A stretch of DNA of 63,126 bases, the filler included, from Octopus bimaculoides (Eukaryota), in the NCBI RefSeq assembly GCF_001194135.2. It is 6 parts of 5 records of this genome, joined end to end, with 100 filler letters (N's around TTAATTAATTAA, not from the genome) between each part and the next. Parts side by side here need not be neighbours in the genome. Positions count along the whole stretch, not along the records: positions 44,080 to 60,254 come from NC_068982.1; positions 60,355 to 63,126 come from NC_068983.1; 4 more parts are not named here. One strand, given 5' to 3'. Positions 52,434-63,126 of the stretch are shown piece after piece. Position 1 is the stretch's first letter, and every line of letters begins with the position of its first letter. The notes under the pieces are model-generated. The model made no database searches. It saw only the letters and a program-made list of their open reading frames with translations, and had not been told where the DNA came from. The position numbers and the translations under genes were made by a program.

Positions 52434-52894
52434 CACGTATATATTACACATATTTTCTCTTTCTATATATTACATTCTTTCTTGTTCTAAAAAATGATAT
52501 AAGCGGCCGTGAGACTAGTAAATACGTGTTAGAGTTCTGTTGGTGTTACTGGTCTTCTGATTATTGATAATATTGCTACTGGTGCAACCTTACATGTTAG
52601 TTATTATTTGCCTTGTTTTTTATTCTTATTTTCTCATTTATTTATTTATTTATTAACGAATTCATTTATAATTGTGTTGTTGATGTTGTTGTTGTTGATT
52701 TCGAAGTTGTCTCTAATCAGAATTTCCAATCTATGGTTCAGGCGCTATCACCGTGCCTGCTACAATCTCATTGTGATTTCTATTAAATAATTAATTCTTA
52801 TTAATAGTATTTACATCAATTTCAACAAATATTTGTTGTTATTTATTTTATTTATACATTCAAGTATTTATAACCAAGATCGTAATCACTCCTC

Positions 52895-54547
52895 CTTTCG
52901 CTAACACCTACGCCACCAACACCGGCACCACCACCAGCGCAACTACCACCACAACCACCACCATCACCACCACCACCGCGACCACCACCACCAGCACAGC
53001 TACCACCATCACTACCCTCACCCACCCCACCACCAGCAAAACTACCACCATCACCACCACCACCATGAACACCACNNNNNNNNNNNNNNNNNNNNNNNNN
53101 NNNNNNNNNNNNNNNNNNNNNNNNNNNNNNNNNNNNNNNNNNNNNNNNNNNNNNNNNNNNNNNNNNNNNNNNNNNNNNNNNNNNNNNNNNNNNNNNNNNN
53201 NNNNNNNNNNNNNNNNNNNNNNNNNNNNNNNNNNNNNNNNNNNNNNNNNNNNNNNNNNNNNNNNNNNNNNNNNNNNNNNNNNNNNNNNNNNNNNNNNNNN
53301 NNNNNNNNNNNNNNNNNNNNNNNNNNNNNNNNNNNNNNNNNNNNNNNNNNNNNNNNNNNNNNNNNNNNNNNNNNNNNNNNNNNNNNNNNNNNNNNNNNNN
53401 NNNNNNNNNNNNNNNNNNNNNNNNNNNNNNNNNNNNNNNNNNNNNNNNNNNNNNNNNNNNNNNNNNNNNNNNNNNNNNNNNNNNNNNNNNNNNNNNNNNN
53501 NNNNNNNNNNNNNNNNNNNNNNNNNNNNNNNNNNNNNNNNNNNNNNNNNNNNNNNNNNNNNNNNNNNNNNNNNNNNNNNNNNNNNNNNNNNNNNNNNNNN
53601 NNNNNNNNNNNNNNNNNCCATTGAGCACTATCAACCACCACTACCGCCGCCATCAACAACAACATAACCACCAACACGACAAACTGTACCACCGATGTCA
53701 CTGGCACGTCTACCACCACTACCATTATCAAAACCACCATTAAACAACGCTATAATGACACCACCAATACCACCGTCGCAATCATCACCAATGACATGAC
53801 CAACACTACTGATATAACAATACCATCGATACAACCACCAATACTACCAAGTCTTACTACCCAATCATATGAGCAGCAAAAACAATAATAATAGTAAACA
53901 TATTAATACTATTAATACTCCTTTCTACTCTAGGCACAAGTCCCGAAATTTGGGGGGAGAGCGCCAGTCGATTAGATCGACCCCAGTACTGAACTGGTAC
54001 TTAATTTATCGACCTCGTAAAGATGAAAGGCCAAGTGAACCTCGGCGGAATTTGAACTCAGCACGTAAAGACATGAAATACCGCTAAGCATTTCGCCCGG
54101 CGTGCTAACGATTCTGCCAGCTCGCCGCCTCATTAATACCACTAATACTAACATCGACACAACATTATACCATCGAACAATCAAATATAGTTCCGACGCG
54201 AGCAATGTTGTTAATGGCACCACTCTTTGTACTGTATCCCTAATATCACCAATAATTATCAGTGCTACCACTGACACTACCAACACTACCGCAAACAGTA
54301 CACCAGCAGTACTACCTCCAATACCCAGCACGCACGCACTACTATTAACATCGACACCACTGGCGCCAACAACGATGCGACCTTAAGAACAAAAAAAAAA
54401 ACAAATAAAAGAAAACACTACCTGCAACGCAACTGCAACTAAGATCTTCAAAGCTAACATCACCATTGTCGTAGTCGTCACCATCATCATCATCACTTGC
54501 ACCACCAGCACCATCTTAACTGCCGTCAACAACACCCTCCTCATCAC

Positions 54548-54598
<51 letters not shown>

Positions 54599-54599
54599 T

Positions 54600-54630
<31 letters not shown>

Positions 54631-54881
54631 CCACCACCACCACCACCNNNNNNNNNNNNNNNNNNNNNNNNNNNNNNNNNNNNNNNNNNNNNNNNNNNNN
54701 NNNNNNNNNNNNNNNNNNNNNNNNNNNNNNNNNNNNNNNNNNNNNNNNNNNNNNNNNNNNNNNNNNNNNNNNNNNNNNNNNNNNNNNNNNNNNNNNNNNN
54801 NNNNNNNNNNNNNNNNNNNNNNNNNNNNNNNNNNNNNNNNNNNNNNNNNNNNACTGCCGTCAACAACACCCTCCTCATCAC

Positions 54882-54932
<51 letters not shown>

Positions 54933-56370
54933 TCTCGTCATCGTCATCTACACCAAACACAGTAAAAGTCAAGAAGATCTTTTAAACATTCCTGGCCGTA
55001 TGGCATTGTTGGACAACAATACTTTCCTTCTAAGATTGTTTTTTTTTTCTTTTCCATAGAAGATAGGCCGATTGCTTTCATTAGTGATGGGCCTAGCAAA
55101 GTTAGCTTCCTAAAAGAGTTTAGTTATAGGCAGCAAATTGGTAGAATTGTTGGTGCTTTTCAGAGAAATGCCTTACAGAAAATGTTCCAGATCTGTAAGT
55201 TTTCAGTAGAACCACTGCCAAGCTTAAGATTACAGTTCATCCTTTCGAGATCGATTAGCGAAATATCAGTCATGAACTGGGATCGATTCTTCTCTCTCCT
55301 TCTCTCTCCTTCTCTCATGCGTTCTATTGCTCTTTCTGTCTGTTTGTCTGTCTCTCTATGTAGTCTCTCCTGCTCTTTCTTTCTCTCTGTCTCTTAGAAT
55401 AACCTTCGTAATCTTGTGAGAAGTTTCGAGAAGAAGAAAGATAAGAACAAGGGCAAGTCTTAGTACCACCACCAACAACAACAACAGCAACAACAACATC
55501 ACCACCACCACCACCACTGACGCCACCACCACTGACGCCACCACCACCTCCACTGTCGCCACCACCACTGTCGCCACCACCACTGTCACCACCACCGCTG
55601 TCGCCACNNNNNNNNNNNNNNNNNNNNNNNNNNNNNNNNNNNNNNNNNNNNNNNNNNNNNNNNNNNNNNNNNNNNNNNNNNNNNNNNNNNNNNNNNNNNN
55701 NNNNNNNNNNNNNNNNNNNNNNNNNNNNNNNNNNNNNNNNNNNNNNNNNNNNNNNNNNNNNNNNNNNNNNNNNNNNNNNNNNNNNNNNNNNNNNNNNNNN
55801 NNNNNNNNNNNNNNNNNNNNNNNNNNNNNNNNNNNNNNNNNNNNNNNNNNNNNNNNNNNNNNNNNNNNNNNNNNNNNNNNNNNNNNNNNNNNNNNNNNNN
55901 NNNNNNNNNNNNNNNNNNNNNNNNNNNNNNNNNNNNNNNNNNNNNNNNNNNNNNNNNNNNNNNNNNNNNNNNNNNNNNNNNNNNNNNNNNNNNNNNNNNN
56001 NNNNNNNNNNNNNNNNNNCACCGCCACCACCATTGTCGCCACCACGAACCTACCTCCAAACCATAAGTGTAGATAACATTATCATCACTGCATAATTGCT
56101 TACAAATCATAATTGTACTTTAGAACACCCACCACCACCACAATAGACACCACCATTGCAATAACTACAACTGCAGCAACCAGCACCATCACCACCAGCA
56201 GCAGCAGCAGCAGCAACACCACCACCACCACCACTACAATTCCACACCATTGTCTCCAAACCATACATATATGTACCACTAACAACTCTACCACCACCAC
56301 CAGCACGTTATCGCCTTCATATTAAAAGTGTAAAGCATCACCACTGCCACCGCCGCTGCCGCCGTCGTTG
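52895..56370. repeat. Cryptic (ACC)n/(CAT)n/(CAA)n trinucleotide region, largely gapped
   Basis: Direct inspection; no sustained frame or splice support. Confidence 0.8.
53919..54130 (-). mobile_element. SINE family E, best-preserved full-length copy
   Basis: Reverse complement: GGCGGCGAGCTGGCAGAATCGTTAGCACGCCGGGCGAAATGCTTAGCGGTATT..GAGTTCAAATTCCGCCGAGG..GCCTTTCATC..GGTCGATAAATTAAGTACCAG. Confidence 0.85.
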
Positions 56371-56945
56371 TCATTGTACCACTATTTCATTCTTTCTAAA
56401 AGTTTATGTGACACCATGATAACCACCCTCATCAGACTATTGCCTTGAAACTATGAGACCAAGTCGAGACATTTTTATTTTGTTTTTACTTTAAACTGAA
56501 GACAACAGCAACCCCCCCNNNNNNNNNNNNNNNNNNNNNNNNNCCCCCCATTAATTTCACATGATAAGAATACGTGTGACTTAAAATAATATTAAGACCA
56601 CGCAAGACTTACATAGGAAAAAGCGGAGAAATAATCTTTTAAAACATCAGAAGGAATAGTCTTCAGGGAATTTATTCACATTTTAAAACAAAATAACATA
56701 AAACATAGTTTGAAAAAATTGTCATTTTCTCTTGATCTTCTTTGATTAAAAGCTTAAATATCTTGTTAAAAATATACATTAAATAATGTTGAAAACTGAA
56801 ATTCAAAGCTGTTTCATACTATATGACCATACACAGACGGTCTCAAATACACACACACACTCTATACAAATATGCATATATTTATATACAAACGTGCATG
56901 TTTGTGCGTGTGTATTTAAGTGTATGTATGTATTTATGTATGTAT

Positions 56946-56979
<34 letters not shown>

Positions 56980-56990
56980 AGGAGACCACT

Positions 56991-57061
56991 AGGTGGACTG
57001 TTAATGTGCTAGATTACATGTAATGTCTCTACTAAGACAAAAGCACATTAACAGTCCACCT
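56991..57061. repeat. Perfect 20-bp inverted repeat with a 31-nt spacer
   Basis: AGGTGGACTGTTAATGTGCT / AGCACATTAACAGTCCACCT. Confidence 0.9.
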
Positions 57062-58984
57062 NNNNNNNNNNNNNNNNNNNNNNNNNNNNNNNNNNNNNNN
57101 NNNNNNNNNNNNNNNNNNNNNNNNNNNNNNNNNNNNNNNNNNNNNNNNNNNNNNNNNNNNNNNNNNNNNNNNNNNNNNNNNNNNNNNNNNNNNNNNNNNN
57201 NNNNNNNNNNNNNNNNNNNNNNNNNNNNNNNNNNNNNNNNNNNNNNNNNNNNNNNNNNNNNNNNNNNNNNNNNNNNNNNNNNNNNNNNNNNNNNNNNNNN
57301 NNNNNNNNTTTGAACTGATCCTGCATCTGTATCTAACAGATGAGATGCTGAACAACCAATTGCCTTTCATCACGGGCGCAGATTACATCCCATCGGGTAA
57401 TCTTTTAAACAAGAACCTCGATCTTTGTTCTCGCCATTTCACCCAGCTCCATTGTGTATTGCTAAAATGTAGCAGAATTCCTAAAAAAAAATATGTGTTA
57501 ACAGTGTTGGGTGGCATAGAGAGAAGAAAGAGTGAGGTAATTGGTTAAGAAGTCACCTGAGGAGGCGCAATCTGTACCTGTGATACAAGACGATTGTACA
57601 GAGTTTCTCACCTGTGAGGTAGAGATGCAGGATGAATCGAAACAATTGTAGCGGATTTGAATAAAGAATTTCGGGAATTATATTTTCTGTCCCTGATGCA
57701 TTTATATGAACTTTACGGAGATCAAAGAAATCTTGAAGTAAATCCTGTAACATAGGCATCACAACTGATGTTGATATTAGGTAGCTAATAACTGGACGTG
57801 CTTTACACAGCATCGAACAAGGTTTATACCTGAATATCATAATGAAATCTTAACGATAGCCAAGGAAGAAAAGGATTAGTGACCGGAAGCATGTGACCAG
57901 GGATGGGTAAGGAAGAGAGAGAGAGAGAGAGAGAGTGGTAGAGGGAGAAACAAGGGGAGGAAGTAGAAGACTAGGTGAGCAACGAGAGAAAGAGGGAAGA
58001 GAGAAATATAGTAGTGACAGAAGGAAGAACGAGAGGGGTAAAGAGAGATATGTAGTAGTCACAGAAGAGGAACGAGAGGGGGAAAAAGTGATAGAGAAAG
58101 AGATAGAGTCGCGTCAGAAAATATGAAGTTGAAAAAACTACTTACAACAGGGATGACGCAGGCGTTCGATCATGTAAAACAAATAATAAATGTGTATATG
58201 CATATATACGTACAGGTATGTGCATACCTACGTCTACCGGTATATATAGGTGCATATCTGAGTACAGGACATTGCAAACAAAACGTAGACAAGAAAATAA
58301 TAATAACCAGAGTACAGAAAACACACAAGCCACACAGAGAACTAGTCCTTCCTTGACACTCAAGGAAGGTTTAAAAGTCATAGATTAACATTATAACGGA
58401 ACCAACTCATAACGTTTCAGACACAGTGCTCTTAAAATATTAGAAGATAGTCTTTGAGAGATTGGGAAGAGAAAGTAGAGAAGAAAGGAAATAAAAAAGG
58501 ATGAGAGCTAGGAAAAAAAAAACGTACGTGGCTTAGGTTCACACGTTCGGAGATTACCCTGTGTCACTATCACACCACTCTTCTACCCTTTGTATCTCTA
58601 TGTGTTCATGATAATATTGAAACGTGTTTAGCAAATGTTTTTGTGTTTTTGTTTTAAACTTCCAATTCCATTTCTTCTACCCTTCGATAGTACTAATGAC
58701 CTAATACCTCTTGACAATCAGATATTTTAATAATGAAGAACCTGGAAAAACATATTACAGTTGAGAAAAGAGTAATAAATCATTAATCTGGGAAAGAAGA
58801 ATATAAAAGTGATGAAAAAATGGTAAGTAATGCAATAAAAGAAAAGAATAAGCTAGAAGATTGACAAAACTAAGGAGCGTGGACAAGAATAAGAGACGGA
58901 TATGTTTAATGTCAAGTTATGACAGTTTTTTACGTAATCTTGAGTTTTATCTGGTATAGGTGGTGCTTCTCAATTACGAATTAT

Positions 58985-59037
<53 letters not shown>

Positions 59038-59274
59038 TAAGCACATAAGTACAAAACTATGTGGAAAAAACAGAAAATGCAGCTCTAAAAATCCTGTTTT
59101 CTGACTGAGAAAAAAATTATCTAACTTTAAACCTCTGTAATTTTCCGAAGCCATTCCTTCAGCAGTTGAATAACAAAATCGGATTCACCATAAAAAATTA
59201 CATCAATACACCAAATTTGAAAACTTCCACTAGATTTAAAAATTTGAAAATGTGTGTTGACAACAAAGTCTCAA

Positions 59275-59580
59275 GAAAAGCCCTGTATAGTCATATAAGT
59301 TAGCTGCCCTTTAGATATGAACATCTCTTCTAAAATCAGTGAGGAACAGACATCTATAGACAACCGCTTCGAAGCTTGCAACTACTCTGTTGCGAATATA
59401 AATTTACAATATACCTGTAATCATTGGTGCTCTCAGTTATTTAATAAATGTCTAGGCTACAATCTGAACAAGTTAGGATTTTCAAACGAAGAAAGAGACT
59501 GTCTGATACAAACTTTCCCGATGCAATCTGTAATTGGGAGAGTAAAATACATAAGACTTCCTTTGCGAAGTTTCAGTGTC
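59275..59580 (+). mobile_element. RLE-type LINE 3' relic, related to 46195-46752
   Basis: EKPCIVI*VSCPLDMNISSKISEE..LRSLQLL..YKF..PVIIGAL..NLNKLGFSNEE..QSVIGRVK across frameshifts. Confidence 0.7.
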
Positions 59581-59713
59581 CATTGAAAAACATCACTATG
59601 TTTTCAGTATTAAGAATACGTTTCACTTGCTCCTTTTAACACACACACACACACACACACACATACACCCCCAAACACACGCGCGCGCACACACAAACAC
59701 ACACAAACACACA

Positions 59714-59752
<39 letters not shown>

Positions 59753-59809
59753 ATGAACATACACAGGCACAGATATATCAGCATTTAAGTATGTACATTT
59801 GAGTGTGTG

Positions 59810-60185
59810 TATGGTTCCGGGTTCAGTCCCACTGCGTAGCACCTTGGGCAAGTGACTTCTGCTATAGCCTCGTGCCGACCGATGCCTTGTGAGTGGATTT
59901 GGTAGAGGGAAACTGAAAGAAGCCCGTGTTATATATGTATATATATATGTATATATATATGTATGTGTGTGTATATGTTTGTGTCTGTGTATTGTCACCC
60001 CAACATCGCTTGACAACCGACGTTGGTGCGTTTACGTCCCCGTAACCTGGCAGTTCGTCAAAAGAGATGGATTGAATAATTACTAGGCTTACAAAGAATA
60101 AGTCCTAGGGTCGATTTGCTCGACTAATGGCGGTGTTCCAGCATGGCCACAGTCAAATGACTTAAACTTTAAAAAGAGTAAGAGT
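59810..60185 (+). mobile_element. SINE family F, 5'-truncated, with internal microsatellite
   Basis: Aligns with 62863-63126 and continues into the tail shared with 38545-38735. Confidence 0.85.
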
Positions 60186-60354
60186 ATATATATATGTATA
60201 TTTATATATATACAAAGATATGTACTTACACACACACACACACACACACACACANNNNNNNNNNNNNNNNNNNNNNNNNNNNNNNNNNNNNNNNNNNNTT
60301 AATTAATTAANNNNNNNNNNNNNNNNNNNNNNNNNNNNNNNNNNNNNNNNNNNN

Positions 60355-60712
60355 ATATATAAAATACAAAAATGGGACAAGAGCGCAAAACATCCAGACA
60401 GTTAGATGAAACAAAAAAGGGATAACAAAATATCCAGACAGACGATACAAGGAAAACAAGGATGGTTCATTCGGAGTTTTCTTTCCTCAGTCGAGTTCCA
60501 GATTATCTTTGCAATTTTGGCTGGTTATACTCGAGATTGCTCCAATCTGGCCAGCCCCAAGGAAAAAATAAGCTAAGAGCATTACATTCCTTGGAAGAAA
60601 GCAGTGAATGTATATGAAAACAAGGATGGAAAAAAACCAGAGAAATGTTACACAAATACAAATAACAGGACATAACAACAGGTGTCTTTTGACTAAGGAT
60701 GAATTTCTCAAA
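60355..60712. repeat. Repeat family A, copy 3
   Basis: Aligns with 1945-2280. Confidence 0.8.
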
Positions 60713-60911
60713 TTTCTGAGCTTGTAAAATAATCTTTTTTTTTTAACTTTCTGAGCACAGTGCACAAGTAAGTTTTTATTTTATCTTCAGCGTATCATGA
60801 AATCAAAAAGCCTGAAAATACTGGTTTGAATTCTTAACCTAATAACAGAAATCATCCAGCCACATATAGACTCTGATGTTTTATATTTTGTATTCTTTTG
60901 TGTTTACAGAA

Positions 60912-61250
60912 GTTATCATCACCATCATCATCATTTAATGTCCATTTTCCATGTTGATATGGGTTGGATGGTTTGACAGCTGGGGAGCTGCCTGGGTTCC
61001 ATTTGTCTTTTCTGGCATGTTCTCTATGACTGGATGCACTTCCTAACACTAACCAATTAACAGAGTGTACTGGATACTTTTATGTGACACCGGTATGGTT
61101 GCCTTTTATGTGGCACCAACATGGGTGCTTTTACATCGTACAAGCACAAGTGCTTTTATATGTAACCAGCATAGGGGCTTTTACATGACATTGGTACAGA
61201 TGCTTTTACTTGGCTTCAGCACAGTGTTTTTGTGTGGCACTGGCACAGGT
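60912..61250 (-). mobile_element. RTE-tailed non-autonomous element with (TGA)n tail and an internal 25-bp tandem array
   Basis: (CAT)n-TTAATGTCCATTTTCCATG..GGGTTGGATGGTTTGACAG. A second short tail copy lies at 61800-61855. Confidence 0.6.
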
Positions 61251-62458
61251 ATAAGTTATTGAAATTTTGTGGTTTGTCTACTTATGAATTTATTTAATAG
61301 TTCTGACAATTTCCAACTTCTTCAATCATTAACTTAACAGTTGTTTCCATGTAGTCTGATAAAAGACTGCACTATCAAGGAATTCTCTACACGGTGATTT
61401 GTCCTGCTAGAAATAGCATCTAAAACTATCTCAGATCATACCTTGCAATCTTTAAAGAGAAAGATACCTTGTATAAAGTAACCCAGATAAACTGTTTCAG
61501 AAAGAAAACAAAAGCTGGGTGTTCCAGTTAGCTGTAATGTGGATGACTTGAGACTGAACTAGAAAGACTTATATGCCAAGTATTTATAGAATAAAGAAAT
61601 AAATATTCTATTAATTGGAATTGGAACATTTTTATGAAACATAGGTTTATAAGTTTGTGGTCCTCAAACTTTTCCCTATGAAGGATCTTATTTGTTGTAA
61701 ATCACCCCCCCCCCCCCCCCCCACTAGATTTTTTGAAAGGTCTGTCTACTCATTTGCCAATTTTATTAACTAACGACAAATTCATTTTCCCAGCTTCATC
61801 GCATCATCATCATCAACACCTTCATTTAACGTCCGTTTTCCATGCTGGCATGGATTTCATCTCTCAGTTGAAAAATATATGTGACTGATTTATTAAACAT
61901 TTTTACACTGCAGCTTTTAAAATTTTGAATCTCTTTCATGACTATATTTCTACTGAAATCCTCCTCCTTTTGTTTCAATTAATATTTAAAATAATTAAGA
62001 ATTTTGTAAAATAATTTTGCTGGTGCTTGGAACTTAAATTAGCATGAAATTTTGTTGGGAGATTTTAATTTAGATCATTTTAAAACAGGATGCTTGTGTC
62101 CTAGAATTAGGGATGGTCTCAAGCAAACTAGTTATCTCAGATTCTAATTTCAATCTTTGTATACTGTAACTTAATGTTAATAATTGGTATAGGGCCTAGT
62201 GCATTGATTTGCCTGGTGGCCTATAATACTGCTAATGTCCTGTCAGTCCTACTTTAGTAGTACACCTGGTTTAGATCAAACTATTCACATTGTGTTGTGT
62301 CATAGAACAAGGCAGTAACATAGTTTGCTTGACTGAGCACAGAACAATGTCTGCACTCCTCATAGTAGGATGGTTATCAGTTATTGCTGTGTAACCCAAT
62401 AGATTTTTGATCAATGACATTCCAGTGTGTCTTCCTTTACCCAAATGATTTCTAATGT

Positions 62459-62680
62459 GTCAACCCTTTAGCATTCAGATTATTCTGTCGAATGTTATGA
62501 TTATTTATTCACATTGCTTTGAATTAACCATACATTATCTTGTACCTTCAAGATTTCAAAGATATGATTGTTTATTTTTATAATGACATTGTAGGGCAGG
62601 TATGAGAGGCCAGATCTAGCCAGTTCAAACATAAAATATGTAGAATATTTGGGCCAGATATGCTTGATTTAAATCCTATT
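62459..62680. mobile_element. Possible non-autonomous DNA transposon fragment (AACCCTTTAGCATT end)
   Basis: One TIR-like end only; the partner end is not intact. Confidence 0.3.
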
Positions 62681-62862
62681 CTGTGTGTAGACAAACATTT
62701 TATACAATATTTTCTTAGAATAAAAAGTATCAGCCAAACTGATTTTGATCTTTTGTGTGACTAAATTCCCTTTTTAACCGTCTATGAAGACGCTGCTTAT
62801 AAAGCTATTTTTACTAAGGCTTTCAATTAATCAAATAGATGCATTTTTATAACTAATATATA

Positions 62863-63126
62863 TAGGCGCAGGAGTGGCTGTGTGGTAAGTAGCTTGCTTA
62901 CCAACCACATGGTTCCGGGTTCAGTCCCACTGCATGGCACCTTGGGCAAGTGTCTTCTACTATAGCCTCGGGCCGACCAAAGCCTTGTGAGTGGATTTGG
63001 TAGACGGAAACTGAAAGAAGCCCGTCGTATATATGTATATATATATATGCGTGTGTGTGTTTGTGTGTCTGTGTTTGTCCCCCCCACCATCGCTTGACAA
63101 CCGATGCTGGTGTATTTATGTCCCCA
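62863..63126 (+). mobile_element. tRNA-derived SINE family F with intact head
   Basis: GGCGCAGGAGTGGCTGTGTGG (A box)..GGTTCAGTCCC (B box)..ACCTTGGGCAAGTGTCTT. Confidence 0.88.

Noticed and set aside
54515-54935. Duplicated ACTGCCGTCAACAACACCCTCCTCATC on both sides of a gap
   Set aside because: Probably an unmerged contig overlap.
52895-56370. Mucin-like Thr-rich or poly-His/poly-Asp proteins
   Set aside because: Frames shift repeatedly and there are no splice signals; this is cryptic trinucleotide DNA.
61070-61250. CRISPR array
   Set aside because: Eukaryotic context, no cas genes, and related spacers; it is a minisatellite.
62863-62940. tRNA gene
   Set aside because: A/B boxes are present but there is no cloverleaf; it is a SINE head with other copies in the window.

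Overview
Animal genomic scaffold with many N gaps. The (TA)n/(CA)n/(TACA)n microsatellites and SINE content suggest an octopus-like cephalopod (inference). No intact host gene can be supported, and nearly all ORF-track calls are microsatellite or gap artefacts. The window is mostly decayed transposons: an RTE LINE with a PHD-like finger, three Penelope-like (PLE) RT/GIY-YIG relics, three restriction-like-endonuclease LINE 3' ends (one sits in a (TAA)n tract), an RTE fragment split by a hAT transposon that itself contains a mariner relic, several SINE families and MITEs. The most interesting signal is RNA structure. About ten type I hammerhead-ribozyme (HHR)-like motifs are scattered across the window, four of them with near-canonical cores. 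One set belongs to a non-coding ~357-bp repeat family arranged in tandem plus fold-back form next to (TA)n tracts. Its ribozyme stems differ in sequence between copies but stay base-paired, which fits a retrozyme or non-autonomous PLE family. A CpG-rich patch at ~20.6-20.8 kb looks like a promoter or first exon. All alignments and folds were done by eye, so element boundaries are approximate.
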